Shown here: positions 21,901 to 28,342 of the stretch, piece after piece
How positions within the stretch are numbered: position 1 is the stretch's first letter
Layout of the letters: the number at the start of each line of letters is the position of its first letter
Origin: a virus
Taxonomy: Duplodnaviria; Caudoviricetes
Direction: 5' to 3' (one strand)
Length of the DNA: 64,000 nucleotides
IMG/VR virus record: IMGVR_UViG_3300040811_001959
The notes under the pieces: model-generated
Database searches by the model: none
Seen by the model: only the letters and a program-made list of their open reading frames with translations
What the model was told of the DNA's origin: nothing
Position numbers and translations under genes: made by a program

Positions 21901-23556
21901 AGTTTTTATCAATTAAGGGTGTTTTTAAATGAAAGAGAATTAAAACATACAGACGAATGGACTTATAGTGCTGCAGAATCTTTTGATCCTTTAATACCAG
22001 ATGATCAGCAAGTAGGAAGTATTGTATATCTTGTTGAAGGTATTGGCAACATTGGAGATACATTACGCATTTATATTAATGCATGGGAAGACAGTGTAGA
22101 GTCCGGCGGTGATTATAGATATGGGTACTATGAAAATGGCGAATTTACAGGAACTCCTGGAGTGTTGCACATCAATAAACCTTTAAACGAAGGAGACCTA
22201 ATTAAAGTCTATCAATTTAGCAATCATGATAGTCAAAGGATTGATTGGCAAAGTTTTGATATGGTTGAAAGGACAAAATTAAGTCCTGGGAATATTGATC
22301 AAAGTTATACAAATATTGTTACAGATTTAAATCAAATTTACGTTGCATTTACTTTGCAAAGTGATAAATTTTACGCAATTTATAGGAATGGGTTTAGGGT
22401 AGATGATCAATTTTATGGTACTACTACCCAAGGTAATCAAGCAGCAGAAATTCAAACACCTATTGGTAATGGTACAAATTATTTAAATTTTAATGAAATA
22501 GGATTAAATGTTTTAGCTGGCGATATTGTAAAAGTTGAAGAAATAAATGCTCAAATTAATATAGACCAAGATTCGCAAAATTATTATGAATTTAAACAAT
22601 TACGTAATGGATTGATTCCTTTAAATTATCCTGCTGTAACAGATAGTTATGTGTTTGTAGCTGTAAATGGAAAAATGTTGCATGCCAGTATTGATTACTA
22701 TGTTACAACTGATAAAATGCATGTAAAATTAGCGCAACCTTTGCTAGAGGACGATGTTGTACAAACAATACATTTTAGTAATCCGCAACAAACAAAGAAA
22801 TTTGCATGGAGACAGTTTACTGATATACTTAATAGGAATCATTATAGCATTATAGACGGGCAAAAGAATGTTAGATTAAGACAAGATTTACATTGGTATG
22901 ACAAAGTAATTGTTGTTGATAACGAGGAAGCATTACCTGCTCCTACTTTAGAAAGTAAGTATCCTGGTGTAATATTTATAAATGGCGAAAGGATAGAGTA
23001 TAGAGCAAGACATGGTAATATATTACAACATTTAAGAAGAGGAACATTAGGAACAGGTGTAAAAGATATATATTATTCTGGAACAGAAATTTATGATCAA
23101 TCAATTGATAAGCTTTTACCTTATAAAGATGAAACAATTGTTGTAAATATAGTAGCAGATGGCAATTCGAATGAATTTACATTAGATTTTGTGGCTAATT
23201 CTGTTAACGAGTTTGAAGTTTTTGTAGGAGGTGTAAGACTTAGAAAAACTCCTTTAGAATCATATGAACTTGACACTGTAAACAGAATAAATTATGGAAC
23301 AAACAATGAACATATATCACAGGACTCTCCCGAAGGAGATGTAACATTACCTCCTGAATTTGTTTTAGAAAAAAATATTTTGCGTTTAACAAAAATAGAC
23401 GAAGTTGGAAACAATGTTTATCCCTCAGCAGGAACAGTTATAACCATAATTAGAAAAATTGGAAAAATATGGACAGAAGCAGGACAAAAGTTAGTTGATA
23501 GCGAATCGCCTATTAGTAGAATGATTAGATCAGTTGAAGCTGATTTACCAAGATAA
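6991..23556 (+). CDS. Giant (5,521 aa) virion structural protein, probably gp7-like wedge/adhesin with FG-GAP-like blades, CBM5/12-like repeats and GxGY beta-repeat domains
   Basis: Uninterrupted ORF with RBS AAGGA, in the gp7 position after gp6. FG-GAP-like blades (e.g. EFGYSFALSSDGNTLAIGAPLFD..GKVYVY), W/F-xxxxxY-xxGDIV repeats, GYGYKTVPTVRFEGGGGSGVKAVA-type repeats, and repeated VYxNG...DY and ADGxTNxFxL modules. Confidence 0.7.
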   Translation: MAYKDNQTDPALPADNLPRRETVNHLPKYFRTDFNKKFLNATLDQMVQPGVVEKINGFYGKKNAKAFDANDNYINDITPDRQNYQLEPITISKDNLNNINFFADYNDYINFIKIRHGNLDHSVLNSQEYYSWNPHINWDKFINFREYYWLPNGPETITISGQSKEVVSEYTVSLRDNDDNFTYIFTPDGLTNNPSLTLYRGQTYRFDVNTPNYPIAFVSRITFTPGEEIDAEYNSSLIYTNGIKKIDRDGLEITADFVDDGIIEFVVPEVAPDNLFYISKDDPNLSGIIKIFDVVENTEINVDKEILGKKSYLTSGGFHLSNGMKIEFAGNVFPEEFSTGEYYVEGVGEKIELIDTNRLKLSSLFVDDLEIPFDDNGFDQYPYSEALGYAVSKDYITINRSSIDGNLWSKYNRWFHIDVIEQSLKINNQAIEINQNLRAKRPIIEFEKNLKLFEFGTVAKNDVWLVDDVTTDVFSTIEGSIGYNIDGVDLTEGIRILFLADNDILVKGKIFKVKFITVNNNTQITLIEEPDTNPIENENVLVREGKTYKSKSLYYDGNEWKICQQKNNVNQAPLFDMYDYNGVAFTDSNVYPFSQFSGNKIFSYKESSNTIDVELGFGLSYRNIVNSGDIIFEFNLLQDSFPFTNNNNLVTEVKTDIGFLRKYSSLTDYVSVNGWSTASTKTQQVVIRQYVVEDVTNLFEIDVYDNYIDDKELWLRVYVNGNIKELDKDYFLERNVNDDLFINFVIPIKLKDNIIIKTKYKSIKNDNGYYELPYSLERNPLNENVTDFTLGEVIDHGSTIVEESTSFRGKFPGKSNLRDLGNLSIYGRKFLKHTCPLNLSIYHLLDKDVNVLAAIDNANDLYGKFKRQFVEIANDLGYNGPIKEHVDLILDEYTKGKNNKDPYFFSDMAASKGVIVYKEIIVDTDQRYFQLSKIHNNNMLGNKAVSVYRNGKQLIYGQDYTFNTEGFVDFFGFKKVDDIIEICEYDNTNGSYIPPTPTKLGLYPKYIPEIFIDNTNNSFITEENKGPYKFYGLQKNEPNDEDILGWFYPLYLDYDLACISDENNECVIITFAGLNRVFYMPKSDQNKGAQDSIYFDEWNEGNVYIQGHDGSLVYAYKDFRDELILEIEKRIYNNIKINYDTNLFDINEIIPGRYRNTNITRSSLNDPLISDFIKWTRFINVEYAMHQYFDVNNSFTYNYNGSKLDNYEVSPGWWRQIYTYLFDTDRPHTHPWEMLGFSIKPIWWDDQYGSYPYTSDNLLMWSDIEKGIIRQPNFFINKKYTRPGLTKIIPVDNKGNLVSPSKSGVIKYYDKKLVKKSFVFGDGSPVETVWRRSSNYRFSLIKSLILCKPSYVFGTGFDRANQVRNDSEQIIYLPTQNHFRLQDLVFPYVENENFYTSGLINYIAENQNTLFFNNYENYRNILVSLNNQISFKVGGFTDKDKFKLILDSRTPLNEGNVFIPLENYDILFLKSYPIDEYVYSGVVIEKQAEGWYISGYDTAYSKFKYIPIIPRDADTTINVGGISKSYVTWEAGKTYAIDAIVKVGDDSFYRCKITHVSGDNFDNSKFVTLPRLPIVGGVDAKTRRYFSQNVEELSYGTLLYDIQEVVDFLYGYGHYLKTVGFTFDRFVESQLEVADWSYAVKQFLFWTTQNWGAGSLITVSPGADRLNFSTNYGSVGNVIDTSQGYSIYKADGTVIKTSEVNFNRDNDNNFSVTTTGNDGIYFIRIPTNYAEHVVIIDDRTEFNDIIYEKNSGYRQERIKVIGYRTNAWKGSLDIPGFFYDDAKVKEWQQYVAYNVGDIVKYKEFYFVAKNKIDAVENFDFTDWKKLDTLKEAGLYTNFDYRIEQFKDFYDLDSDNLDVEQQKMAQHLIGYQKRNYLQNIINNDVSQFKFYQGFIQDKGSKNSLTKLFDVLASADKDSLEFYEEWAIRQGVYGAVDNFYEFDFKLNESKFRLTPQPVEINVNNKDNIDLIYRINPTEAYFSDGNSSSPFPSFNNTKTYVKHAGYVSPSDVDYTLADYTDLLKVNLNDIKVNEYFWIGNDPNGWNIYQYKNYNKFIKFEVIGTDNLALEFEFDIEDDFQIGQIVGVSNVEKITFVGQDSTVIANDYVSSFSGVFQITDIQINKIICALTDLALLVQINTDSLQGDTTGIVSIFSSVRVSNLQGLEQLVLKDYQLNKKIWVDEDADKNWSVYQINHEFKLSTSVTNPAKNITSFGNKISINDRNTVLAIADPLQNDGIVYVYTRPSINQNWKLFQILSPEEPDSESFNIGDSEENAGIIFVITNNSVENINLVYKNGEKINEANYSINVENNQVIMTSAILADDTITISFLKHIIPYKFGASLDVENNSNHIIVGAPDASYLKTRIKGTFDPTMNYSSGDIVNYEVQDIGVKNYYRALVDILPESSAQEFNAFFNYSKWLYDNNLYFENSYSFPLLFTGTYNEREETTDHLIIRIPSTVYNGIKVDDQIVLHWNTLTNANQTQLELVERQPFDGLYSQIDNVFLNNKHTILYKFSKIIKVANSAISLSKGQQISSTTANAEIEQAISIGNSNDFIIYLKNIQGSLLQVDSIKVGIQIVGNYELIAPLEEESIVQDEFAGFIAISTPAYTTTYNRTDSGRGLIIRELITEKSPDQNLIYSNILEYDNASLIRILSYEDYNLNNLGEYNPITKNLRYFLIRASKTLTDTYVDDSINFYFNQLPKTVSVLKVRNTRFTTKPVVVKGETLRQKNNSLATVTIFSDTVEIDPATINFSNPVYLIQVQNVSETSFNFIDDLVGSESGELFCRPIEEPVVPKLDTLEEIGLNTNLLINNNLDIWNTWDGYIIYQENRTDSNGLPYVPYAKYIEDGINLTSFDGNNPNERVGQTIREINESGNPTNNTAEVMYVQRIGNNRLILFVNNVQGNWRLGQDQDQPAQLQMDAHPTGQDIFSRLNIFNFDREFGVSVNVILPSEDVGKFFVIDYGSEIQAIFDQVTAQPKNILINQEYWFFNNESIQGLPRLAAYPNNNSVVWERIYSLSIDDTGTASTYEKEGVVFVYKKIGAKYQLVKRLLGPDRQNNYKWGSNLKIGNFQNVSKTFILADNPKRLYFVKDGNDNGIVYNWDYATNKKYKGVYNENETYFTGDIVFVPRNVTENVFSSDIGIFDGTLFESLTNGSVNVLKNNSYEINTDYWKLADELIDYVGFVPNNSGNVQLDSTDISTLSVDGLIKFGLNFDISDNAEVLAVLIKYDNTNKNKISIFRNDQGYYRFSQIIEADTPEIEFGYSFALSSDGNTLAIGAPLFDTKRINVGKVYVYKLENTKFVLKQELSSPNNEIEEMFGITVDINDNLIAVGSANADIKVETTYDSNDTIFDNGLTTFKYTKSDKGAIFVYDDINGHYVYGNKIIYDNPYANSYDLGENFVLKNKFLYVSDPNYTNENGTIGYVLNYSNIENKLYDNISRQKQTVDLSKVKKIFLYNTKTKEIIKYLDYVDVLQGKLPGPAEQNISYKLYYDPAIYSTGGSSVVVDPTTAWTTENVGKIWWDLSTVKYYYPYINDISFSTNFWNKQFLNTNVDLYEWVESPLLPLDWNELSETNEGYSLGITGRAKYTDSYTEKSIYNNVTDRIEKKYYFWVKDAKNIPDLDNRTISAYKLQTLMKDPLNEGYEFVSLISDNEFAIYNCEKFLNDKDVAISFQIYKDTDQRINTHFHYDIITEDIETNKIKENLSVKWIDSLVGYDLYGRSIPDISIGEKYRYGNLTEPRQSWFVNRQQALKEYVQRINRVLKENLIVDSKNLKNLYLKDEYPLESSNQYDLIVDNLDALNLYGIAKAEQASIDITVENGKVVSARIINPGRGYIKTPTFTVIGQGSNLELNFTLNAIGSIVNVDIVNAGENYNNNASVEIRKFTALVLNDETINGKWALYERNYTANSWNRVRSQGYDTRAYWKFIDWYSTGYDSTTPINFIIDFSYQLNSINDTIGNIVKINTIGSGGWLLLKKVDNQDNVDYSINYETIGRENGTIEFLNTLYDPYAAYYNFDLKSFDISFYDDLPTTEVRIIANAIKDDIFVDDLAIEYNRLFFAAIRYVLSEQGYVDWLFKTSFIRVKHNVGNLRKDVTFNNDNLPSYEDYVNEVKPYKTKIREYISSYEKIDNNPLLTADFDLAPAYVDRDKRILPQQIKVFGDVLYGVSDEHMTYPNKNWLDNCYYVVTDIKISYSGYGYKTVPTVRFEGGGGSGVKAVAFLGENGSIVNIEVIDEGSGYLQAPQIYIDGETYNDFAPARVSVILGKPLVRSTLTKIKFDRIAKTIFYSNIDESYTEITSGSKYIFDLYWPMSLLPKDVNVYVNGEKLLFSRYKYENVLDNTKSYTRYLGRVTLVDVPSNYSEVKIEYKKDINLLPALDRLNYYYSPIENQFGNTPNQLLDGIDYGGVEVKSFGFGNTTGWDSHAFFVNQYDTYDTTFEDHVNTVGKNLLYNSNIGYKIQINWTNFAKAVNALVKGDSVEIDNHTLFYSIFNVNQLGEPVTDPLDGTSILNVLDELVSELVLDQNGNVVLDENGDASYQLTPRITIRSVEQILLYGLNSVDLEELAIYNIETQIIPIISTLTGSQVENLINETNSVLNDVKLIFKTPLEENVQYNVYYNGLRIDDINFVTDPTNITNPNATLATIIGDGLQQELILRDIVSDYQTDDVVILRKPTSDGSFLPTDLDYDTLLVGGNLDYTNAKGIESADIVVDGDNFVTHTTSKGPEENVPGLVQDTLDIKVYERPIVGSSNIFSMNYITDGINNTYNIGNYPLSARNLIVKIDKEIVTNYSVNSNKTITFNTLLPAGKRVNITTLDYSGFDVLDVDTIECILSTNIFVVNARWEENLQSEVSVNGKEIDYVIVPSNTEFSDSSNNILIKFGKNINVGDVVRYVIYSNKEGQEKQKFSTTYIDNFIADGSTNIFELTKLPELQQPAEWYTMVLVNNKLLNPGYTETFILTDSREYNLKLHQVPLRTVSFYQLRVFLNERELKHTDEWTYSAAESFDPLIPDDQQVGSIVYLVEGIGNIGDTLRIYINAWEDSVESGGDYRYGYYENGEFTGTPGVLHINKPLNEGDLIKVYQFSNHDSQRIDWQSFDMVERTKLSPGNIDQSYTNIVTDLNQIYVAFTLQSDKFYAIYRNGFRVDDQFYGTTTQGNQAAEIQTPIGNGTNYLNFNEIGLNVLAGDIVKVEEINAQINIDQDSQNYYEFKQLRNGLIPLNYPAVTDSYVFVAVNGKMLHASIDYYVTTDKMHVKLAQPLLEDDVVQTIHFSNPQQTKKFAWRQFTDILNRNHYSIIDGQKNVRLRQDLHWYDKVIVVDNEEALPAPTLESKYPGVIFINGERIEYRARHGNILQHLRRGTLGTGVKDIYYSGTEIYDQSIDKLLPYKDETIVVNIVADGNSNEFTLDFVANSVNEFEVFVGGVRLRKTPLESYELDTVNRINYGTNNEHISQDSPEGDVTLPPEFVLEKNILRLTKIDEVGNNVYPSAGTVITIIRKIGKIWTEAGQKLVDSESPISRMIRSVEADLPR

Positions 23557-23559
23557 ATA
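23552..23559 (+). promoter_or_regulatory. Late-promoter-like motif GATAAATA overlapping the giant gene stop codon
   Basis: aGATAAATAtatacatAGGAtttattATG upstream of 23577; same ATAAATA..cata..AGGA layout as at 3523 and 29898. Confidence 0.4.
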
Positions 23560-23576
23560 TATACATAGGATTTATT

Positions 23577-24191
23577 ATGAATGATATTTTAAAAGAAAAG
23601 TACGGAATTTTAGTCGAAGGATACATTAAAATTTTTGATCCTGAAAGTAAAGAAGTTTACATAGATAAACGTAATGCAATTCATTATGAGAACATGAGTA
23701 TTGCATTAGCTCAAAGTATGGCAAATTCAGGTACGGGATTTTTATATCAGATGGTATTTGGTAATGGAGGAACAAGTGTTGATCCTACAGGTATAATAAC
23801 ATATCTAACACCAAATAGCACAGGAGTTAATGCAAGTCTGTATAATCAAACCTTTAGCAAAGTAATTGACGAGAGCAGTATTAATAATAAGGATCCTTTT
23901 AGGAATAAAACTGAAATTAGGCATGTAAGTGGAACAAATTATACAGATTTGATTGTTTCTTGTTTATTAGATTATGGCGAACCTGAGGGTCAAGATGCCT
24001 TTGATACCGCTGCAACTGCCGACAGTTTGTATGTTTTTGACGAGTTAGGCTTGCAGAGTTATAATCCAAATGGAGAAGGAATGCTAGTTACCCATGTCAT
24101 TTTCCATCCTGTTCAAAAAAGCCTCAATAGATTAATACAGATTGATTACACCGTAAGAATACAAAGCCTATCAGGAATGTTAGGGGAATAA
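23577..24191 (+). CDS. Virion structural protein, possibly fibre-attachment/tail-collar-fibre N-terminal-like fold
   Basis: 204 aa between the giant protein and the fibres. MVFGNGG...LYNQTFSKV...FDELGL...LVTHVIFHPVQKSLNRLIQIDYTVRI resembles fibre-anchoring domains. RBS AGGA. Confidence 0.45.
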   Translation: MNDILKEKYGILVEGYIKIFDPESKEVYIDKRNAIHYENMSIALAQSMANSGTGFLYQMVFGNGGTSVDPTGIITYLTPNSTGVNASLYNQTFSKVIDESSINNKDPFRNKTEIRHVSGTNYTDLIVSCLLDYGEPEGQDAFDTAATADSLYVFDELGLQSYNPNGEGMLVTHVIFHPVQKSLNRLIQIDYTVRIQSLSGMLGE

Positions 24192-24195
24192 TATT

Positions 24196-26301
24196 ATGCC
24201 ATATGAAATAAAATTTACAGACTATGTTAATAAATTACAGATTGTTGTAGAAGATAATACTATCAATAATGAAACATCATTAAAATTGCCTGGCAGGAAT
24301 ACAACATCTTATGGTACAATAATTGCAGAAAATTTTTTACACTTGCTTGAAAATTTTGCATCAACATCTGCACCAAGTGTGCCGGTAGAAGGGCAAATAT
24401 GGTATGATTCATCTGTTGATATTGAACAATTAAAAGTATATAATGGCGTAAATTGGGTTCCAGCTAATGGTGTGAATAAATCTGTTGCAAAACCAAATTT
24501 TGCTCAAGAGGGAGATCTTTGGATTGATAGAGAGAATTTACAGCTTTACATGTACACCGAAGCAAGTTCTTGGGTTCTTATCGGACCAGAGTTTAGTGAA
24601 GGTTTAATTACTGGCGCAACTCCACGAGTAACTCTCGGTATAGATAATTTAAATTATAATTTTTTACAAATTGATGTAAATTCATCTCCTGTTGCTATCA
24701 TATCTAATAAAGAATTTACTCCAAAAGCAAAAATTGATGGTTTTACTACTATATATCCTGGTATGAATTTATCAACAAAAAAATTAGCAGGTGAAAACAA
24801 TTTAAAATACATAGGGACAGCAGAAAAAGCAGAAGCATTATATGTTGCTAATGAAGTTGTACCAGCAGGAAATTTTTTGCGAGCAGATAAAGTTAACACA
24901 ACCTCGTTTGCAATAAATGTTTTAAATAATGACGGAGTAAATTTTGGTATTAATAATGAATTTACTGTTGGTATAGATGGAACAAATGCAGTTCTAAAAA
25001 ATAATGTTTCAGGTTCTGCAATTGCTATAAAAACAAGATTTGGCGGATTATATAGTACTGTAATGACAGTTGATTCAAGCAAGAAAGTTGGCATTAATAC
25101 AAGTAATCCTGATGTTGAATTAGAAATTTCAGGAGATTTAAAATTAAGTATACCAGTAGATAATCCAAATAAAGGTAAATTAATTGTAAGTAATGTAGAA
25201 GATAGTAATAGTTTGATTAACACAGGATCAATTGTAACCTATGGCGGAATTGGCATAGCTAAAAGTGTTTCAATTGGTGGCAATTTGTATATGCCTAATA
25301 CCGAAACAAGTATAATTGAAGTAAATAAAGTTCTACCTGCTAAGGATGCAGATGAATTAATTGGAACGCAGGAATCTTATCTTGGTAGTGAGACTTTAAG
25401 GTATAACGGAATATTTGCAAAACGTTTTTATGGAGATTTAGAAGGTAATGTTACTGGTTCAGTAACAGGTAGGGCAGGTTCTGCAAATAAATTAGCAAAG
25501 TCATCGGCATTTTCTTTTATAGGCGATTTAGAGATAGATGCCGAAAGTAATAATAACGAAACTACAGTGTCTTTTACCGGAACCGGTGAAGCTGTAATAT
25601 TTCCGGTAAGCATTGCAAAAGAATTTATTGGTAATAAAGCCGAAGTAGAAACTACTCAAATCGACGATGAAGTTTTATTGAATAGAATTAGAGAAGATAT
25701 CGGGCTTAAAAAGATTAGTGTAGAAAATTTATTAGCAAGTGTTCCAATAATGCCAATAGGAACGATTGTTCCTTATGCAGGAAAATCAGCACCAACTGGT
25801 TGGTTATTGTGCAATGGACAACAGGTAAGAGTTACTGATTATGAAAGATTGTTTGCAATAATTAAATATACATACTTAGCCCAAGAACTTGTAACATTAG
25901 GGTTTTTTGCCGTTCCAGACCTAAGAGGTAGATTTCCGTTAGGAGTTCATAATATGGGAAATTTGATTCCAACAGATACAAGAATTACAAATCCAATCGC
26001 TGAACAATTAGGCGCAACAAGCGGAACAGAAACAAAAGTTTTATCAAAAGAAAATTTACCAGATCACGAACATTCTTTGCAATACCAAGATCACAATTTT
26101 TATGCAGTTAATCAACAAGACTTCTTTGTTCAGGATAGTGCGATAAAAGATTATCCTTATTATGAACAAATAGGCCAAGATACAGGTTATGCTGTTGATA
26201 AAACTTCAGGAATTGAAACCCAAGAAACTACAATTTTTAGCCAACCTTTTGACGTAATGAATCCGTTTTTGGTTTTAAATTATATTATATATGCAGGATA
26301 A
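24196..26301 (+). CDS. Tail fibre protein with phage tail-collar domain
   Basis: MPIGTIVPYAGKSAPTGWLLCNGQQV...LFAII...FAVPDLRGRFPLG is the collar signature; ends VMNPFLVLNYII; GDLEGNVTGSVTG repeats; N-terminus shared with the next two genes. Confidence 0.85.
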   Translation: MPYEIKFTDYVNKLQIVVEDNTINNETSLKLPGRNTTSYGTIIAENFLHLLENFASTSAPSVPVEGQIWYDSSVDIEQLKVYNGVNWVPANGVNKSVAKPNFAQEGDLWIDRENLQLYMYTEASSWVLIGPEFSEGLITGATPRVTLGIDNLNYNFLQIDVNSSPVAIISNKEFTPKAKIDGFTTIYPGMNLSTKKLAGENNLKYIGTAEKAEALYVANEVVPAGNFLRADKVNTTSFAINVLNNDGVNFGINNEFTVGIDGTNAVLKNNVSGSAIAIKTRFGGLYSTVMTVDSSKKVGINTSNPDVELEISGDLKLSIPVDNPNKGKLIVSNVEDSNSLINTGSIVTYGGIGIAKSVSIGGNLYMPNTETSIIEVNKVLPAKDADELIGTQESYLGSETLRYNGIFAKRFYGDLEGNVTGSVTGRAGSANKLAKSSAFSFIGDLEIDAESNNNETTVSFTGTGEAVIFPVSIAKEFIGNKAEVETTQIDDEVLLNRIREDIGLKKISVENLLASVPIMPIGTIVPYAGKSAPTGWLLCNGQQVRVTDYERLFAIIKYTYLAQELVTLGFFAVPDLRGRFPLGVHNMGNLIPTDTRITNPIAEQLGATSGTETKVLSKENLPDHEHSLQYQDHNFYAVNQQDFFVQDSAIKDYPYYEQIGQDTGYAVDKTSGIETQETTIFSQPFDVMNPFLVLNYIIYAG

Positions 26302-26309
26302 TTAAAAAA

Positions 26310-28328
26310 ATGAGTTATAGAATAAATCGCACTGACGGTGAATTATTAATTGATTTAACAGATGGTATTATAGATAGTAGTGCAACTGATTTAGTATTAA
26401 TTGGTAGGAATTATAAAGGTTTTGGTGAATGGGTAAATGAAAATTTTGTTAAATTGTTAGAAAATTTTGCGTCAACATCACAACCGCCGCATCCTTTGAC
26501 TGGGCAATTATGGTATGATAAAAGTGTAGGTAGATTAAAAATTTTTAACGGATCGTCATTTAGATCTGCAACAGGAACTATAGTAAATTCTTCTCTTCCA
26601 AACGATTTAATTGAAGGTGACATTTGGATTGATAATAAAAATAATAGATTATATCTATATGACGGGACAGACCTAACTCTAGTTGGTCCTACGTACGATG
26701 CAGGTCAAGGAAAAACAGGTTTTGAATCTCGCACACAAATTGATGTGAATAACGTATCTAGAACGGTATTATTGATGTATTTAGGCGGCGTATTATATGG
26801 AATATACTCGCCTGAACAAATGTTAATTCCTTATCAGTATAGTATAAATGGTTTAGAAGCCGATCAAAATGACACCCAAAATCCCAAAAGACAGCGATTG
26901 AAAAAAGGATTTAATTTAGCTAGGCCTAGTATTGAAACAGGCACAGAAGGTTTTTGGTATCACGGAACTGCTGTTAATGCAAAGTATTTAATTGATAATA
27001 ACGGAAATAAAAAAACAAGTGTTAGCTTTTTGCCAACAGATGGAAATGGAGAAACAACAGGCAGTTTAAAAATAAAAAATAGTTCAGGTTTAACAATTGC
27101 AAAAGGAGATAAACCATTTGTTGAATTTAAAATTATAGGAACAACAGTTTTTGTTCAAAATTTAGAAATAAATGGTGATTATGGAGTACGTGTAAAAAAT
27201 AGCCAATTTCCTAATAATTATTTAGATGCATTTAAGATAGACTCTTCTTTGTATAAAATAAGTTTATGGCCTGGGTTGCCTACAAATTTATTAAGCACAA
27301 CACCTAGTTTAGACATGTATGGAGATCTGAATGTAACAGGAAATATTTCTGTTGAAGGTAGTTTAAGTGTACAAGGCGACTTAACATATATCAATTCGCA
27401 AGATTTACAAATAGAAGATAAAACAATAGAATTGGCAGTAAGTTCTAATGGTGTAAATTTGCCAGACGTTGATTTAGATGGTGGTGGCATAGTATTAAAA
27501 GGATCCGAAGGCGATAAAACGTTACTTTATAATGATTCTTTAAAAGCATGGGCAACAAATCAAAATATTCACCTTGAAGTTAGTGTTGATAATCCTACTC
27601 CGTCGATAAAAATAGACGGAAAAACAATCTTAACTGAAACTGAATTACAATACGTTACAACAGCCGCAGATTTAACTTCGGTTGGAACTTTAACAAGTTT
27701 AACAGTTGATGATATAAACATTGATTCAGCAGCTATAACAAGGATAAATGGCACAGGAATTACAATAGATTCAAATGGCGGCAATATTGATGTAAGCAAT
27801 GAAAACATAGTAAATTTAAAAACCCAGGTATGGCCCGCAACATATTCAAATCCTGATATGCGGAATTGGGCATCTACAATAGAATATGTTGACAGGGCAG
27901 TACAAGGCAAAGAAATATTATTATCAATTGATATCAATGGATTGATCATTGACGGTGATCCCGATAATACTCCTTTTTATGAAGGAACAATTGATAATAT
28001 AAGACAGGTATTGAATTATATGTTACCTATTGAAGAATCATTGATAGGAACACGGGTAAAAATATTAGGAACTAGGATAAAAGATATTACTGCTGTATTT
28101 GGAATAACAGTTTCTGAAGAAGATGATACAGTTTTACAAAAATCAAGGGTATCAGTACGAAATGTTGATAATAGTTCAACAGTTTCGGTAATACAAGACA
28201 TAGTTAGTAACCCTGCATTTGCAGGAACAACTACTAATATAGATATAGAAATTGAAAGATTTATATATTCTTATCAAAGCGACGGATTGCGTTGGAATAA
28301 TACCGGAGTAATTAGGGTTACAGTTTAA
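26310..28328 (+). CDS. Tail fibre protein, paralog 2
   Basis: N-terminal LIGRNYKGFGEWVNENFVKLLENFA...GQLWYD aligns with both neighbours; GDLNVTGNISVEGSLSVQGD fibre beta-repeats. Confidence 0.75.
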   Translation: MSYRINRTDGELLIDLTDGIIDSSATDLVLIGRNYKGFGEWVNENFVKLLENFASTSQPPHPLTGQLWYDKSVGRLKIFNGSSFRSATGTIVNSSLPNDLIEGDIWIDNKNNRLYLYDGTDLTLVGPTYDAGQGKTGFESRTQIDVNNVSRTVLLMYLGGVLYGIYSPEQMLIPYQYSINGLEADQNDTQNPKRQRLKKGFNLARPSIETGTEGFWYHGTAVNAKYLIDNNGNKKTSVSFLPTDGNGETTGSLKIKNSSGLTIAKGDKPFVEFKIIGTTVFVQNLEINGDYGVRVKNSQFPNNYLDAFKIDSSLYKISLWPGLPTNLLSTTPSLDMYGDLNVTGNISVEGSLSVQGDLTYINSQDLQIEDKTIELAVSSNGVNLPDVDLDGGGIVLKGSEGDKTLLYNDSLKAWATNQNIHLEVSVDNPTPSIKIDGKTILTETELQYVTTAADLTSVGTLTSLTVDDINIDSAAITRINGTGITIDSNGGNIDVSNENIVNLKTQVWPATYSNPDMRNWASTIEYVDRAVQGKEILLSIDINGLIIDGDPDNTPFYEGTIDNIRQVLNYMLPIEESLIGTRVKILGTRIKDITAVFGITVSEEDDTVLQKSRVSVRNVDNSSTVSVIQDIVSNPAFAGTTTNIDIEIERFIYSYQSDGLRWNNTGVIRVTV

Positions 28329-28342
28329 GATTAGGAAATTAA

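Noticed and set aside
6991-23556. Inteins, introns or homing endonucleases inflating the giant ORF or the radical SAM genes
   Set aside because: I found no Cys/Ser...His-Asn-Cys/Ser/Thr splice junctions and no LAGLIDADG or HNH motifs by eye; the length is explained by structural repeats.
24349-26479. Near-identical 20-mers (GAAAATTTTGCATCAACATC at 24349 and GAAAATTTTGCGTCAACATC at 26460) as recombination or inversion sites or a DGR template/variable pair
   Set aside because: They encode the conserved ENFAST peptide of paralogous fibres and are direct, short repeats. There is no invertase or reverse transcriptase in the window.
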